Positions 31,828 through 42,167 of a stretch of DNA of 64,000 nucleotides are shown here, piece by piece. Both the position numbers and the translations under genes were made by a program. Location: the NCBI GenBank assembly GCA_050943775.1, contig JBMNPV010000002.1, forward strand, positions 1,132 to 65,131, read 5' to 3'. How positions within the stretch are numbered: position 1 is the first letter of the stretch; each line of letters opens with the position of its first letter. Source of the DNA: Oscillospiraceae bacterium (GTDB taxonomy: Bacteria; Bacillota; Clostridia; Oscillospirales; Oscillospiraceae). The notes under the pieces were generated by a model that worked only from the letters and a program-made list of their open reading frames with translations, was not told the origin of the DNA and did no database searches.

Positions 31828-32907
31828 TCACATTTCTTTGAGCTTCGGGTCAAATGCTTCGCGCAGACCGTCGGCAAGCATGTTAAAGCTGAGCATCAGC
31901 GCTGCCAAAACAATGATCGGCGGCACGATCTGATAGGGGTGCGTCGTGAAGCTGTTGAACGCGTCGCTGATGAGGGAGCCGAGGGAGCACATCGGGACCG
32001 GGATACCAAGTCCGACGAAGCTCAAAAATGCTTCCGTGAAAATGGCGGTCGGGATGCTGAACATGAGCTGCGTGATGATCTGACCGATCGTATTCGGCAG
32101 TATTTCCTTGAAAATAATAAACATCGGATTTGCGCCGAGCGTGCGGGAGGCAAGGACGAACTCCTGCTCCTTGAGCTTCAAAACCTCGGCGCGCGCAATT
32201 CGTTCCATGCCGATCCACTCGGTGATCATCAGGGCAAAGACGATCGTCCAGAAGCCGCGGGGCATGATGAGCATGAGAAGCGTCACGATGACAAGACGCG
32301 GAATACCGTTGATGATCTCGGCGATACGCTGCATGACCGAGTCGGTGCGGCCGCCGTAGTAACCGGAGATAAGGCCGTAGCTCATACCGATGATCATATC
32401 AATGATGGCGGCGGCAAGCGCGATGCCGAGAGAAACACGGGTACCCTCCCACACACGCGTCCAGATATCTCGGCCGAGCGTATCGGAGCCAAACCAGTAA
32501 TAGACCGAGTCGAAGCCTTTTTCCCGGTAGCCGTTGACGATCTTGGTGCCGGTCGTCGTTTTGACGGTCTCGTCGCCGTCAAAGATGCCGAGATTTTCGA
32601 GGCCGGGGATACGCGGAGCGAAGTTCTTCTGCGTGAGCGTCTGCTGCTTGTAGGAATAGTTGGTCATGCCCGGTCCAAAAGCGGCAAGCAGGCAGATGAG
32701 CGCAATGAGGATCAGTGCGACGACCGCACCCTTGTTTGCAAAGAAGCGGGCGCGCACCTCCGCCCAGAAATTCTGGGCGGCAAAGTTCGTGTCGATACGG
32801 GTCTGCTCGGCGTTGCCGCGCAGTTCAAAATCATCCGGTTGGAAAACATATTCGTATTCCTCCGCCGGGCCGCCTGCGAGGACGGGCTGCTGTACTTTCT
32901 TTTTCAT
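31828..32907 (-). CDS. oppC: oligopeptide ABC transporter permease
   Basis: 359 aa. OppC-type N-terminal extension plus a BPD_transp_1 core. Confidence 0.85.
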   Translation of the reverse strand: MKKKVQQPVLAGGPAEEYEYVFQPDDFELRGNAEQTRIDTNFAAQNFWAEVRARFFANKGAVVALILIALICLLAAFGPGMTNYSYKQQTLTQKNFAPRIPGLENLGIFDGDETVKTTTGTKIVNGYREKGFDSVYYWFGSDTLGRDIWTRVWEGTRVSLGIALAAAIIDMIIGMSYGLISGYYGGRTDSVMQRIAEIINGIPRLVIVTLLMLIMPRGFWTIVFALMITEWIGMERIARAEVLKLKEQEFVLASRTLGANPMFIIFKEILPNTIGQIITQLMFSIPTAIFTEAFLSFVGLGIPVPMCSLGSLISDAFNSFTTHPYQIVPPIIVLAALMLSFNMLADGLREAFDPKLKEM

Positions 32908-33845
32908 CCGTTGTCACCATCCTTTGCAACGCGGATTCGCGGGTCAATAATACCGTAAAGAATATCGACAATGAGCATTATGCCGATATACATGGCGCTG
33001 TAAATGAAGCTCAGCGCTATAACGACGTTATAATCGTTCGACTGGATCGCCGTGACGAGGAGACTGCCGACGCCGGGAATCGAGAAGATCTTCTCAACCA
33101 CCAGAGAGCCGGTCATCAGATCGACGATCAGCGGCGCGAGGACCGTCACGATCGGGATCAGCGAATTTCGCAGCGCATGGCGGAAAATCAGCTTGTTGCC
33201 GCTGATACCCTTGGATTCCGCAAGGAGCATGTAGTCGCTGCCGAGCACCTCCAGCATCTCCGTCCGCGTAAAACGGGCAATGGACGCGCAGGTGAACAGG
33301 CTCAGCGCGATGCTCGGCAAAATGCTGCTCGCAAACGCCTGCCTGCTGGAATAGAGCATTGGCAGCCAACCCAGACGGAAACCGAAAGTATAGCTCAGTC
33401 CGAGGGCAAAAACATAGCTCGGGACCGACACGCCCAGAACCGATATGACCGTACAGAGCGTGTCCCAACCGGTGTCGTGCTTGAGCGCCGCGGCGATGCC
33501 GAGCAACAGGCCGACGATCGCGCCGAGCGTGACAGCCATCCCGCCGATGCGGATCGAGATCGGCAGGCGCTTTTCAATGAGCTGGCTGATCGGCGTGTTT
33601 TTGCTGATGTTATAGCTCACACCGAAGTCTCCCTTGAACATGTTGACAACGTAGTTTCCAAACTGGACAATGATTGGCTTGTCAAGGCCGTATTTCTCGT
33701 TGAGCACCGCGTGCTGCTCAGGACTCAGCTTTTCATCATTGAAGGGCGAGCCGGGCATGAGCTGCAGCAGTATGAAAAGTACCAACGTGATGACAAGAAG
33801 CGTGAACACGGAAATGAGCACACGTTTCAGTACATATTTACCCAC
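32904..33845 (-). CDS. oppB: oligopeptide ABC transporter permease
   Basis: 313 aa. MGKYVLKRVL... is a typical OppB/DppB N-terminus. Confidence 0.85.
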   Translation of the reverse strand: MGKYVLKRVLISVFTLLVITLVLFILLQLMPGSPFNDEKLSPEQHAVLNEKYGLDKPIIVQFGNYVVNMFKGDFGVSYNISKNTPISQLIEKRLPISIRIGGMAVTLGAIVGLLLGIAAALKHDTGWDTLCTVISVLGVSVPSYVFALGLSYTFGFRLGWLPMLYSSRQAFASSILPSIALSLFTCASIARFTRTEMLEVLGSDYMLLAESKGISGNKLIFRHALRNSLIPIVTVLAPLIVDLMTGSLVVEKIFSIPGVGSLLVTAIQSNDYNVVIALSFIYSAMYIGIMLIVDILYGIIDPRIRVAKDGDNG

Positions 33846-33892
33846 TTATATCTTCTCCCATCGTAATGCGCATATTTTTACAGTGTAACGCA

Positions 33893-33928
33893 CGCATACC
33901 TGTCCGCCTGCCGGCGGGCAGGTATGCG
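33893..33928 (-). promoter_or_regulatory. strong hairpin in the oppA-oppB intercistronic spacer (partial terminator / stabiliser)
   Basis: 16-bp stem cgcatacctgtccgcc / ggcgggcaggtatgcg (one G-U/mismatch position), loop tgcc. Confidence 0.5.
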
Positions 33929-34007
33929 CGCGTTATCTGCGCAAGCCGCGCGAAAGCCTTGACGGAGTCAAAGCTTCCGCGCGGCAATTTCTTGTGTTTG
34001 AAAGCGA

Positions 34008-35681
34008 TCAGCTCTTCGTCGCGGCCTTGAAAACGCGGTTGAGTGCGCACGGATGGAACTGGATGCCCTTGATGCCGGATTTGATCATGTTGGCATCCGC
34101 CTTGGTATAGACCGGAGCAATAACAGCCTGATCCATGACGATCTTTTCAGCATCGCCCATCGCCTTCCAGCGGCCCTCGGCATCGGTGACATACTTGCCG
34201 GTGGTGCAGTCGGCGATCAAAGCGTCATAGTCCTTGTCGCTCCAGAGACCGTAGTTGTTGTCGTTGTCCGTTACCCACATGCCGAGATAGGTCATCGGGT
34301 CGGCATAGTCCGGTCCCCAGCGGGTGAGGCAGACTTCATACTTGCCGTTCTGGATATCTTCGACGCGCTGCTTTTTCGGCTCGACCTTGAGGTTGATCGT
34401 AACGCCCGGGAGGTTCTTCTCAAGCTGCTCCTTGAGAACAGCCGCGACGTTCTGCGTCTCGGTCTGGTCCTCTACGAGAAGCTCAAAGGTGAAGCTGGTC
34501 TGTCCGAGTTCCTGGCAGGCCTTGTCGTAATAGGTCTTGGCCTTGGCAGCATCGTCGGAGCAGACATCGGCGAAGCGCTTCTGGTCAGCGGAGAAATCGG
34601 AACCGTCCGGCCCTGTCGCGAACTGAGGCGGAACGGCAGTGTAGGTAGCCACGGAACCGTCCTTGACAACGTCGTTGACGATGGACTCACGGTCGATCGC
34701 ATTGGTGATGGCAAGACGCATATTCACGTTGCCCAGCGCGGGAACATCATGTCCGTTCATGGTGAGGTACCAGAGGTAGCCGGCACCGACGACATTGAGT
34801 TCGGGGTCGTCCTTGACCTGATCGACCTGATCGCCGGAGAGCTTGACGAGGTCGAGGTCGCCGTTCTGATAGCTCATAAGGGCCTGCTGCGGGTCCTTAA
34901 TGACCTGATAGTTGAGGCCGTCGAGCGAGATCTTGTCGGCATCATAGTAGTCCGGGTTTTTCTTCAGCGAGAAGTTCAAGGACGCCGGCTCATAGCTCTC
35001 GAGGATGAAAGCGCCGTTGGAAAGAACGGTGTCGGGGCTGGTGCCGAAAGTGCCTTCCGCAAGGCTGTTGTAGAACTTGCGGTTGACTGGATAATAGGTC
35101 GGGAAATAGAGCAGGCTGTCGAAATAAGAGACAGGAACATTGAGCTCTACCTTGAGGGTCTTTTCGTCCACGGCGGTGACGCCGAGCTCGGTAACAGGCT
35201 TGTTGCCCGCAATGATATCGGCAGCGTTCTTGATCTGGCCGATATCACTCATCATGTAGGAGTATTCGGAGGCGGTAGCCGGGTCAACGGCACGCTGCCA
35301 GCCGAAAACAAAGTCGTCAGCAGTAACGGGGTCACCGTTGGACCACTTTGCGTCGTCACGGAGCGTGAAGGTGTAAGTAAGGCCGTCTTCGCTGACCTCC
35401 TCTTTTGCGCAGATGGCGTCAACGGCTTTGCCGTCCTCGTCCATCTGCTTAAGGCCGTCGGTGTAGTTGGCGATCACTTCAAAGGAGGTACCGTCCGTTG
35501 CGACCTGCGGGTCAAGGCTTGCGACCTCAACTTCGACCATGACGTTGAGTGTGCCGCCCTTAGCCGCCGTGTCGTCCGAGGCTGCGGGGGATGTCGGTTC
35601 CGTCTTGCTGCCGCAGGCAACAAGACTCAGCGTCATGGCAGCCGCCAGAGAAATGACGCCGATCTTTTTTGCTAATTTCAT
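34008..35681 (-). CDS. oppA: peptide ABC transporter substrate-binding lipoprotein (family 5 SBP)
   Basis: Start placed at MKLAKKIGVISLAAAMTLSLVACGS (ATG 35681, lipobox) with GGGAAAGGAGAA upstream. The 540-aa + strand ORF 34053..35675 is a shadow. Confidence 0.85.
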   Translation of the reverse strand: MKLAKKIGVISLAAAMTLSLVACGSKTEPTSPAASDDTAAKGGTLNVMVEVEVASLDPQVATDGTSFEVIANYTDGLKQMDEDGKAVDAICAKEEVSEDGLTYTFTLRDDAKWSNGDPVTADDFVFGWQRAVDPATASEYSYMMSDIGQIKNAADIIAGNKPVTELGVTAVDEKTLKVELNVPVSYFDSLLYFPTYYPVNRKFYNSLAEGTFGTSPDTVLSNGAFILESYEPASLNFSLKKNPDYYDADKISLDGLNYQVIKDPQQALMSYQNGDLDLVKLSGDQVDQVKDDPELNVVGAGYLWYLTMNGHDVPALGNVNMRLAITNAIDRESIVNDVVKDGSVATYTAVPPQFATGPDGSDFSADQKRFADVCSDDAAKAKTYYDKACQELGQTSFTFELLVEDQTETQNVAAVLKEQLEKNLPGVTINLKVEPKKQRVEDIQNGKYEVCLTRWGPDYADPMTYLGMWVTDNDNNYGLWSDKDYDALIADCTTGKYVTDAEGRWKAMGDAEKIVMDQAVIAPVYTKADANMIKSGIKGIQFHPCALNRVFKAATKS

Positions 35682-35783
35682 TTTTTCTCCTTTCCCTTGG
35701 ACGAAGCCGTCCAATTTGCGTTTTTCTGTTGGGATTTGCAGAAACGCAACCGACACTGTGCATTTACTTTGTCGATTTGGTTT

Positions 35784-35812
35784 AGAATATCACCAAGTTT
35801 CAAGCAAGTCAA
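35784..35812 (-). promoter_or_regulatory. candidate sigma-70-type promoter of the opp operon (TTGACT-N17-TATTCT)
   Basis: Minus strand: TTGACT (35812..35807), 17-nt spacer ending in TGgTGa, TATTCT (35789..35784). Confidence 0.45.
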
Positions 35813-36080
35813 TTTCACAAACGCTTTTTCTAAACAAATAGTTAACTCGGCAATGTTTTAGCGCTATAATCGTGCAAATTGACGATATTTTTTTCCCGTA
35901 TGTTTGCTGCTCGCGGAGTATCTGTCAGTTGCAGACATTAAGGTTTTGCTGTCTCCGTTATGCGTACATTTTTTACACTTCGATCTGTCTGTACAAACCC
36001 GCGGTTGACGAATCGTAAGGCTTTATGCTATTAATAGTGATTAATAAGGTACAAGAGTACAGATGAATAGGAGGACCACC

Positions 36081-36662
36081 ATGAAACAGCATGCCAAGGA
36101 CGCTATCATTGTCTCCTTCAAGGAGCTGTTATCCAAACAGTCCATCGACAAGATCACCGTAAAGGACATCTGCGCAAACTGCGGCGTTAACCGGCAGACT
36201 TTCTACTATTACTTCACCGACATTATGGATATTTTCAAATATGTTATCTTTAAAGAACTGACTGCCGATATCGCCCAAAACCGCACAATGGACACCTGGG
36301 AGGGCGGCTTTCTTGCGACGCTCAATTATCTTCGCGCAAACGCGAAGCTCATTCTACATGTTTACAATTCAAACTACTGGCAGGAGGCGTATGTCTTCTT
36401 CTGCTCCTTTTCAAATAAGCTGCTTGGCGATGTTGTTGAAGAGTGTATAGAACGCAGCGGTAAGGGTCTCTCCGACAAGAACCGCGACTTTATTGTGAAT
36501 TTCTACCGAAACGTATTCGACGGCCTGATGATAGACTGGTTCAGCGACGGCATGGAGGATGAACCCGAGATCCTGCTGGAAAAGCTTCTGCTCATGATCT
36601 CCGGCAGCATTCCCCGTTCTATCGCCGCTTTTCAGGAATACGAAGCGCGTAACCACACATAA
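36081..36662 (+). CDS. TetR/AcrR-family transcriptional regulator (DhaS-like subgroup)
   Basis: Start placed at MKQHAKDAIIVSFKELL (ATG 36081) with GGAGG upstream. The N-terminal HTH is ITVKDICANCGVNRQTFYYYF. Confidence 0.85.
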   Translation: MKQHAKDAIIVSFKELLSKQSIDKITVKDICANCGVNRQTFYYYFTDIMDIFKYVIFKELTADIAQNRTMDTWEGGFLATLNYLRANAKLILHVYNSNYWQEAYVFFCSFSNKLLGDVVEECIERSGKGLSDKNRDFIVNFYRNVFDGLMIDWFSDGMEDEPEILLEKLLLMISGSIPRSIAAFQEYEARNHT

Positions 36663-36798
36663 GTTTCGACATTTTTCTGCGATTTGTGTCACGAAGCCGA
36701 AAATGTCTATTGATATTTATTTAACGGTATGTTAAATTTCTCCCGTCATTATTTGTATGTCAAGAAAGTCATCAACAAATCATGAGAGGGGAAAAAAA

Positions 36799-37794
36799 AT
36801 GTTTGTCTTCAGCAATGACTTTGGAGGTTCTTTTATTACCTCCCTGCTCGCCTGCCTGCTGGTCTTCGCAGCGCTCTTTGCGCTCAACGAAGTCACCCGC
36901 AGAAACAAGTGGGCCGGCTTCTGCGCGTTTGTGGTTCTGCCCATCGTGCTGACGGTCCTCTGGTTCACCAGTCTCAAGGAAACCACCTATCTCGACTGGT
37001 TCCATCTCGCAAAGGTCTACTCTTCCACCGCCGGCTGCATCGGCTTCTGGTGCATCCGCTTCGTCCACGGCACAGACAAAAACGGTGTGCAGTGGAAGCT
37101 TAGCGAAAAGAAATGGGCGCTTTGCTTCCCGCCGCTCATCCTTGCTATCAACATCATCGAAGCCTGCGTGCGTGACTTTGAAGTTGGCTCGACCTACGCC
37201 TCCGTTGTCACCGCGGCTAGCGCTTTTAAAGACGGTGCTTACAGCTTCAACCTCATCGGCGGTCCGTGGAACTTCATGAACGGTATTGCAGGTATCCTCA
37301 ACATCCTTACGATCACGGGATGGTTCGGCATCTGCATCCGCAAGGAAACACCCAAAGACAAGTCGCGCGACATGCTCTGGCCGGACATGGTCTGGTTCTG
37401 GATCGTTGCTTATGATCTCTGGAACTTTGCTTACACCTATAACTGCCTGCCCAGCCACTCCTGGTACTGCGGCATCGCGCTCCTCCTTGCTCCGACTCTC
37501 TGTGCGTTCACAGTCGGCAAAGGTGCATGGCTGCAGCACCGTGCGCAGACACTTGCTCTGTGGTGCATGTTTGCACAGACTTTCCCGGCTTTCCAGGATG
37601 CCAGCAAGTTCCGCGTCGATTCCGCCTATAACACGACTGTCTATAACTTTATTTCCGGCCTTGCACTGGCCGTCAACCTCGCCGTCTTTGTGTACATGCT
37701 CGTTCGCGTCATCAAGACGAAGAAAAATCCCTATGGTCCCGAGCTCTACACCGACCTTCCCGCCTATCAGGAAGTCAAGAAGCTCGCCGAATAA
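36799..37794 (+). CDS. hypothetical polytopic membrane protein (Trp/Phe-rich, ~8 TM segments), function unknown
   Basis: Start placed at MFVFSNDFGG (ATG 36799) after GAGAGGGGAAAAAAA. It has hydrophobic segments throughout and its own terminator. The mirror ORF 36772..37806 on the minus strand is D/E/R/G-rich and looks like a shadow. Confidence 0.7.
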   Translation: MFVFSNDFGGSFITSLLACLLVFAALFALNEVTRRNKWAGFCAFVVLPIVLTVLWFTSLKETTYLDWFHLAKVYSSTAGCIGFWCIRFVHGTDKNGVQWKLSEKKWALCFPPLILAINIIEACVRDFEVGSTYASVVTAASAFKDGAYSFNLIGGPWNFMNGIAGILNILTITGWFGICIRKETPKDKSRDMLWPDMVWFWIVAYDLWNFAYTYNCLPSHSWYCGIALLLAPTLCAFTVGKGAWLQHRAQTLALWCMFAQTFPAFQDASKFRVDSAYNTTVYNFISGLALAVNLAVFVYMLVRVIKTKKNPYGPELYTDLPAYQEVKKLAE

Positions 37795-37806
37795 CATATT
37801 CCTCAA

Positions 37807-37836
37807 GGGAGCCGCAAAAAGCGGCTCCCTTTTTTT
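37807..37836 (+). terminator. intrinsic terminator after the membrane protein gene
   Basis: gggagccgc-aaaaa-gcggctccc followed by TTTTTTT. Confidence 0.9.
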
Positions 37837-37928
37837 GCTCTACCATCGCCGTATAGTCGCTGTCCGCCAACGATAGACACAAAATACGTTCTCTTTTTCG
37901 TAACAAACTACAAAATGTGAAAAAGCAG

Positions 37929-37957
37929 TTGCAATTTGCGATATCCTGCGCTAATAT
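37929..37957 (+). promoter_or_regulatory. sigma-70-type promoter of pyrR-pyrP (TTGCAA-N17-TAATAT)
   Basis: TTGCAA 37929..37934, 17-nt spacer, TAATAT 37952..37957. Confidence 0.6.
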
Positions 37958-37963
37958 ACCAAC

Positions 37964-38618
<655 letters not shown>

Positions 38619-38640
38619 ATAAATAGAGGAGAAAAAAAGT

Positions 38641-40065
38641 ATGAAAAATCAGCCCCAGGTCATCGGATATCTGCCCGATGAAAAGCCTGAAGCAGCCAAA
38701 CTATTCCTTTACGCGCTGCAGCAGGTCATTGTCATGTTCCCGGCGACCATCGCTGTCGCGCTCATCACAGGTTTCCAGGTTTCCACCACGATCTTCGCCA
38801 GCGGCCTGTCGACCCTCTGCTTCATTCTGATTTCCGGCAAGAAGATCCCGCTGTACTACGGCTCTTCGTTCGCCTATCTGACCGCGATCTCCAGCATGGT
38901 CGCCTCCCAGGGTACCGCGGAGCAGATCGCTCAGTGGCACGCCACCGGCATCCTGCCGACCGTCCTTATCCAGTACGCACAGTTCGGTATCATCCTCTCC
39001 GGTCTTGTCTCCGTTGCAGCCGGCCTTATCGTCCGCTACTCCGGCAAGACCGCCGTCGAAAAAGTCCTGCCCCCCTCGATCACCGGCTCCATCGCCATGA
39101 TCATCGGCCTCACGCTGGCCGGCAACGCACTTTCGGATGCCGCGCCCAAGGCCATTGCAGAAGGCGCTGCCGCCACAGTCTTCAACACCGGTTGGGTCTG
39201 GGTCGTTTCCCTTGCAACGCTTTTCTCCACCATTCTCTTCTCCCGTTACCTGAAAGGTTTCCTCGGCCAGCTTCCGCTGCTCCTCGGCGCACTCGTCGGC
39301 TGCATCACCGCCGCGATCATCTACCTCTGCGGCGGCGCTGATTTCAACCTCTTCCGCGCTATGCCGCAGGAAGCGCTCGACGCCTCTCTGTGGAAAGCGG
39401 GTCCCTTCGCTGTCCCGGCGTTCTCTCTCCCGAAGGCCAATGCCGCGGCTGTTGCAGCGATCATGCCGATCGCCATCGCAACCATTCCGGAATCCACCGC
39501 GCACATCTATCAGCTTGACATCTACGTCAACGACCTCGCCAAGAAAAAGGGCAGCAAGAAAAAATATGACCTCGCCAGTCTCCTTGACCGCAACCTCATC
39601 GGCGACGGTATCTGCGATATGATCTCCGGTGTTGTCGGCGGTCCTGCCGGTACAAACTATGGTGAGAACATCTCCACCATGGCCATCACCAAGGTCTTCT
39701 CGATCCCCGTGCTTGTCTGCGCGTCCATCATTGCCATGGTCGTTTCTTTCTTCACGCCGCTCATTCAAGTCATCTACGGTATCCCCCTCGCTGTCATCGG
39801 CGGCCTTGAAATTTATCTCTTCGGCGCCATTGCCGCACAGGGCATCGCCATCATGATCGACAAACAGGTCGACATGTTCTCCTCCAAGAACATTGCCGTC
39901 ATCGCCTCCATCATGATCATCGGCATCGGCGGCCAGTACGCTTTCTCCGGCAACATCCCCTTCTTCGGCCTGCAGGTCCCCTGCATCGCCGGCGCCGCCA
40001 TCTTCGGCATCGCGCTCAACCTCCTGCTCAGCATCGGTGAAAAGAAGGAAGCCGAGGCAAAGTAA
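38641..40065 (+). CDS. pyrP: uracil permease (NCS2 family)
   Basis: 474-aa polytopic NCS2/xanthine-uracil permease, downstream of pyrR as in other Firmicutes. Confidence 0.85.
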   Translation: MKNQPQVIGYLPDEKPEAAKLFLYALQQVIVMFPATIAVALITGFQVSTTIFASGLSTLCFILISGKKIPLYYGSSFAYLTAISSMVASQGTAEQIAQWHATGILPTVLIQYAQFGIILSGLVSVAAGLIVRYSGKTAVEKVLPPSITGSIAMIIGLTLAGNALSDAAPKAIAEGAAATVFNTGWVWVVSLATLFSTILFSRYLKGFLGQLPLLLGALVGCITAAIIYLCGGADFNLFRAMPQEALDASLWKAGPFAVPAFSLPKANAAAVAAIMPIAIATIPESTAHIYQLDIYVNDLAKKKGSKKKYDLASLLDRNLIGDGICDMISGVVGGPAGTNYGENISTMAITKVFSIPVLVCASIIAMVVSFFTPLIQVIYGIPLAVIGGLEIYLFGAIAAQGIAIMIDKQVDMFSSKNIAVIASIMIIGIGGQYAFSGNIPFFGLQVPCIAGAAIFGIALNLLLSIGEKKEAEAK

Positions 40066-40085
40066 GTCTCTCTCTTATAAAAAGA

Positions 40086-40119
40086 ACCGGCTCGCTGTCC
40101 GCTTGGACAGCGAGCCGGT
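40086..40119. terminator. bidirectional terminator between the convergent pyrP and ABC-2 permease genes
   Basis: Perfect 15-bp stem accggctcgctgtcc / ggacagcgagccggt with loop gctt, followed by ctgcgttttt on the + strand. Confidence 0.85.
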
Positions 40120-40145
40120 CTGCGTTTTTGGCGCTGTATCTGTAC

Positions 40146-41327
40146 TTATTTCCCGAACATGACGCGCTCATTTGAAAAGAGCTTCGCCACGCCGAGTACG
40201 ACCAATCCGGAATAAACGAGGTTCGTTATCACGCAAAGCGCCACGTTCCACGCGCTGTAATGATAGGCAAAAATGCCGGTCATGGCCTGTACACTGCTGT
40301 AGATCGGGATACAATAGAGCAGCTTGTCCGTGGCCGCGGCGCCGTTTCCGGCCATCGTGGAAAACGCGATAAGCATCACCACGACCATCAGCGGAGAAAC
40401 CATCGAGGCAGCCTCCTTGGTCGTCTTTGCGCAGGCAGAGATCAGCGAGACAAGGGAGATCATCAGCAGTGCCGTTGACAGAATGACGAGGAAGAGCAGT
40501 CCGTAGTCCCCCGCCGCATAGCCCGTAAAATTGAGGCTGGTGTTGCCGGCCGACCCTATCAGATTCGGCAGCGAAGCGGCAACTGCCACGAAGGTCAGCG
40601 CGCCGCTCAAAACCGCAATTACGGAAAAGGCAAGGATCTTGCCGACCACGATCTCATAACGGTGGATGGGCGTGACGAGCATGGTCGCCATCGTTCCTCG
40701 CTCTTTTTCGCCGGCGATGGAATCCGGGGCAAAGGACATACAGCCGGTAAAGAGGAAAATCAACAGCAGCATCGGCAGAAGCTGCGAGAATATCTGACCG
40801 CTCACATCTTTTTCAGAAGACAGATCCCCCACTCCATCCCGATCCACATCAAACTTGTTTGACATGGAGCTCTCGTAACTGTCGAGTATGGCAAGGATCT
40901 GCGTATGCAGCCTATTGCCGGAAGCGGAAACGGACTTGTAGTAGAGCTCCACATTTGGCGCCGCCTTTCCGTTTGCGGCATCGTAGGCCGCGACCTGCGC
41001 AGAAAAGTCAGCCGGGAAAACCAGCAAGACCGCGTCCTCGTTCTCCGAAAGCTTTTCGCGGTAAGCGGAAAGCTCTGCATCTCCACCGGCGACAAGCTCG
41101 CAGGGCAGTTCGTTGATCTGGCCCTCCAGCTCGCGCGGAATATTCACGGCATAGAGTGTTGCCGGCTGCTTTGTGGTCTCCGACTGCGAAACGAAGCCCG
41201 GGATTACGAGCGAGTAGATGACATAGAGAAGCAGCGCCGGAAAAACGAGACTGAAAATCAAGCCCTTGTCGTGAAAAAAGCGGTAAAATTCCTTTCCCGC
41301 GATCGTAGCGATATTGCTGTTTTTCAT
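40146..41327 (-). CDS. ABC-2 family transporter permease (NatB-like)
   Basis: 393 aa. One N-terminal TM, a large extracytoplasmic loop, then 5 C-terminal TMs. It overlaps the ATPase gene by 4 nt. Confidence 0.8.
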   Translation of the reverse strand: MKNSNIATIAGKEFYRFFHDKGLIFSLVFPALLLYVIYSLVIPGFVSQSETTKQPATLYAVNIPRELEGQINELPCELVAGGDAELSAYREKLSENEDAVLLVFPADFSAQVAAYDAANGKAAPNVELYYKSVSASGNRLHTQILAILDSYESSMSNKFDVDRDGVGDLSSEKDVSGQIFSQLLPMLLLIFLFTGCMSFAPDSIAGEKERGTMATMLVTPIHRYEIVVGKILAFSVIAVLSGALTFVAVAASLPNLIGSAGNTSLNFTGYAAGDYGLLFLVILSTALLMISLVSLISACAKTTKEAASMVSPLMVVVMLIAFSTMAGNGAAATDKLLYCIPIYSSVQAMTGIFAYHYSAWNVALCVITNLVYSGLVVLGVAKLFSNERVMFGK

Positions 41328-42100
41328 GCTTGTGCCTCCTCTCTCCCGGCATAGAGCTCAAAGAATTTTTCCTCCAGCGTCTTGTCCTGCGTAAGCTCCG
41401 CAAGCGTACCGCAGGCCGTCATTTCGCCGTCCATGATAATGCCGACACGGTCGCAAAGCTTTTCCGCCAGTTCAAAGATATGCGTTGAGAGGAGGATGGT
41501 CTTCCCTTCCGCCTTACGGTCCAAAAGAAAGTCTGTTACATCGCGCGCGGCGACGATATCAAGTCCGTTCGTCGGCTCGTCGAAAATGATAACGTCCGGG
41601 TCATGGACGATGGAAACGACGAGCGAGACCTTTTGCTTCATGCCGCTTGAGAGCTCACCGACTTTTACCTCGGCGTATTTGTCGATGCCGAATTTTTCAA
41701 AGAGTGTTTTCTTGCGCGCCGCAAGCACGTCCGGCGCCAGACCGTAAAGCTTGCCGAAGTAATCGAACAGATAATTCGGCGTGAAAAACTCTTCCAGTTT
41801 GAGTTCACTTGTGAGAAAGCCGATGCGCCGCCGGACATCCTCCGACTGCTTCTGCACATCAAATCCCTCCACCGACGCGGTCCCGCTGTCCGCCTTTATC
41901 AGCGTGGAGAGGATGCGAAGCGTCGTCGTCTTCCCCGCACCGTTCGGGCCGAGCAGTCCAAAGACCTCGCCCCGATATGCGGTGAAGGAGAGACCCCGGA
42001 GGGCTGTCTTTTCCCGCGCATTCGTCTTTTCCAGAAGCTGCTGCTTGCGAGTCAATTTATAGGTCTTGTTGAGATTTTTGACCACAATCGTTTCTTCCAT
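41324..42100 (-). CDS. ABC transporter ATP-binding protein (NatA-like, ABC-2 type)
   Basis: 258 aa with GPNGAGKTT, LSSGMKQKV and IIFDEPTNGLD. Confidence 0.9.
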   Translation of the reverse strand: MEETIVVKNLNKTYKLTRKQQLLEKTNAREKTALRGLSFTAYRGEVFGLLGPNGAGKTTTLRILSTLIKADSGTASVEGFDVQKQSEDVRRRIGFLTSELKLEEFFTPNYLFDYFGKLYGLAPDVLAARKKTLFEKFGIDKYAEVKVGELSSGMKQKVSLVVSIVHDPDVIIFDEPTNGLDIVAARDVTDFLLDRKAEGKTILLSTHIFELAEKLCDRVGIIMDGEMTACGTLAELTQDKTLEEKFFELYAGREEAQA

Positions 42101-42167
42101 AATTTACTCTCCGCCCCGGCTTTTGTGCCGGAGCGTGCCCTTTCTAAAGAATAACCCTGTCCGGCGT

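Noticed and set aside
36772-37806. 344-aa minus-strand ORF almost exactly coextensive with the 345-aa + strand ORF
   Set aside because: The + strand product is a coherent polytopic membrane protein with an RBS, promoter and terminator. The minus-strand product is D/E/R/G/A-rich with no hydrophobic core or RBS. I kept the + strand gene only.
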